DNA of 64,000 nt. Source: Deltaproteobacteria bacterium. GTDB lineage: Bacteria > Desulfobacterota > Desulfobaccia > Desulfobaccales > 0-14-0-80-60-11. A program made the translations under genes and the position numbers. This document shows, piece after piece, positions 63,093 to 64,000 of this stretch (position 1 is its first letter; each line of letters starts with the position of its first letter). A model generated the notes under the pieces. The model made no database searches, was not told the DNA's origin, and worked only from the letters and a program-made list of their open reading frames with translations. The stretch is taken from positions 7,664 through 71,663 of the forward strand of contig JASEFS010000019.1 of the NCBI GenBank assembly GCA_030018495.1. The letters are read 5' to 3'.

Positions 63093-63455
63093 ATGAAGCC
63101 AACCGGCGTAAAGGAAAAAAAATCGCTGAAAGAGCCGTGGGATGACTGCCGCCGAAAGCGGTTCCTGGCCGTCCTGGAACTCTACGGCTGGACGCGCCTC
63201 GGCAAAGACCGCCTGGACGTGGACTTCTACCAGCTCGGGGGGACCCGCCTGGCCGTTGACTGGCACGGGCTGTTCGTGTTCACCCGCGCCAACGGCCGCT
63301 GGGTGCGGCGCTGCGGCTTGGCCGACAACCTGGTGGACGCCAACGTCCTCATGACGCGCTCTAACTGCCTCCAGCCCCTCTACCTCAATGGCAATTCTCA
63401 ACCTTATGAATTGGACCTCAGGAACGGGCGGATGAAAAGGAGCGCCTCGGGATGA
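63093..63455 (+). CDS. Phage hypothetical protein
   Basis: AGGAG RBS. Confidence 0.65.
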   Translation: MKPTGVKEKKSLKEPWDDCRRKRFLAVLELYGWTRLGKDRLDVDFYQLGGTRLAVDWHGLFVFTRANGRWVRRCGLADNLVDANVLMTRSNCLQPLYLNGNSQPYELDLRNGRMKRSASG

Positions 63456-63619
63456 CCGGCCCTCCAAAGTGCTCCTGCGCCTCCCTCCCGAACGGCTGGG
63501 TCTATCTGTTCGGCCCCTTCGGGGTTTACCTGGGAATCGGCCGGGCGGGAAACCTGGAGGAGCTGACCACGCTCCTTGCGGACGTCCGGCGCTGGGTCCA
63601 GATCAGCGGGGATAATTAA
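63452..63619 (+). CDS. Phage hypothetical protein, 55 aa
   Basis: ATGA overlap, AAGGAG RBS; MTGPPKCSC... Confidence 0.5.
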   Translation: MTGPPKCSCASLPNGWVYLFGPFGVYLGIGRAGNLEELTTLLADVRRWVQISGDN

Positions 63620-63788
63620 GGCCCACAAGAGACGGCTCAGCAGCCGGCCTTTCTTATAATACCTATATATTCTTTAAATATATCTGTATGGAGTAAGAAA
63701 GTTCTTTGAAAGTATCCTACTCCTTAAGAGACTGTCTTTAAGAAGAATAAACACGGACCCCATAATCCTAACCAAAGGAGCAACTTCC

Positions 63789-64000
63789 ATGCACAACACC
63801 GAAACAAAGCCCGAAAAAACTCCCAAAAATGTAAAAAAACCGCCAAAAATCCGGGAAATCCCTGAACTTATCGACCTGAATTCCGAACTTTCTGAAAAAG
63901 AAATCAAGGTTCTGGACGCCTACTTCTCCGGACACCCCCTCCACAAGGCCGTCAAAGCCGCCGGCTACAAGGCCAAGGACGCATCCACCCGCGTGTTCAT
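63789..64000 (+). CDS. terS: Terminase small subunit (partial)
   Basis: AAAGGAG RBS; LSEKE..VLDAY......AVKAAGY HTH pattern, at the start of the late region. Confidence 0.65.
   Translation, partial: MHNTETKPEKTPKNVKKPPKIREIPELIDLNSELSEKEIKVLDAYFSGHPLHKAVKAAGYKAKDASTRVF

Larger units (their letters stand above)
50793..64000. mobile_element. Prophage adjacent to the ssrA 3' end (continues beyond window)
   Basis: Abrupt switch to short, tightly coupled phage-type genes (exonuclease, Bet, initiator, spanins, HU, RuvC, TerS); CGTCCGTA direct repeats at 50845 and 50856 resemble integrase arm sites. Confidence 0.88.

Overview
GC-rich window from an anaerobic deltaproteobacterium (Desulfobacterota-like; inferred from gene content and the tmRNA tag). 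(i) 1-28.4 kb: a paralog-rich transport/signalling region with four PEP-synthase-like dikinase paralogs lacking the canonical pyruvate-binding C-terminal domain, two Cache-PAS histidine kinase plus stand-alone receiver pairs, two TSUP (TauE/SafE) modules with USPs, three ArsB/NhaD-type permeases, an SLC13 permease, a CBS protein and a beta-carbonic anhydrase. It also holds a sigma54 promoter, Rex-like boxes, a domain-I-only group IIC intron fragment, REP-like repeats and an uncalled 23-codon candidate membrane selenopeptide (GGC-UGA-K plus SECIS-like hairpin). (ii) 28.6-50.4 kb: O-methyltransferase, diheme peroxidase-like protein, HpnN/HpnM-like pair, small Cys-rich proteins, an octaheme c/triheme c/cytochrome b module, CHASE2 cyclase-SH3-M48, class II photolyase and hypFCDE. 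(iii) ssrA at 50443-50792, then a prophage running off the right edge: exonuclease, Bet/RecT, replication initiator, overlapped spanin-like pair, HU, an oppositely oriented operon with an adenylation-domain-only ligase and a mini tyrosine recombinase, RuvC-like protein and TerS. All calls rest on motif reading by eye; no database searches were run.
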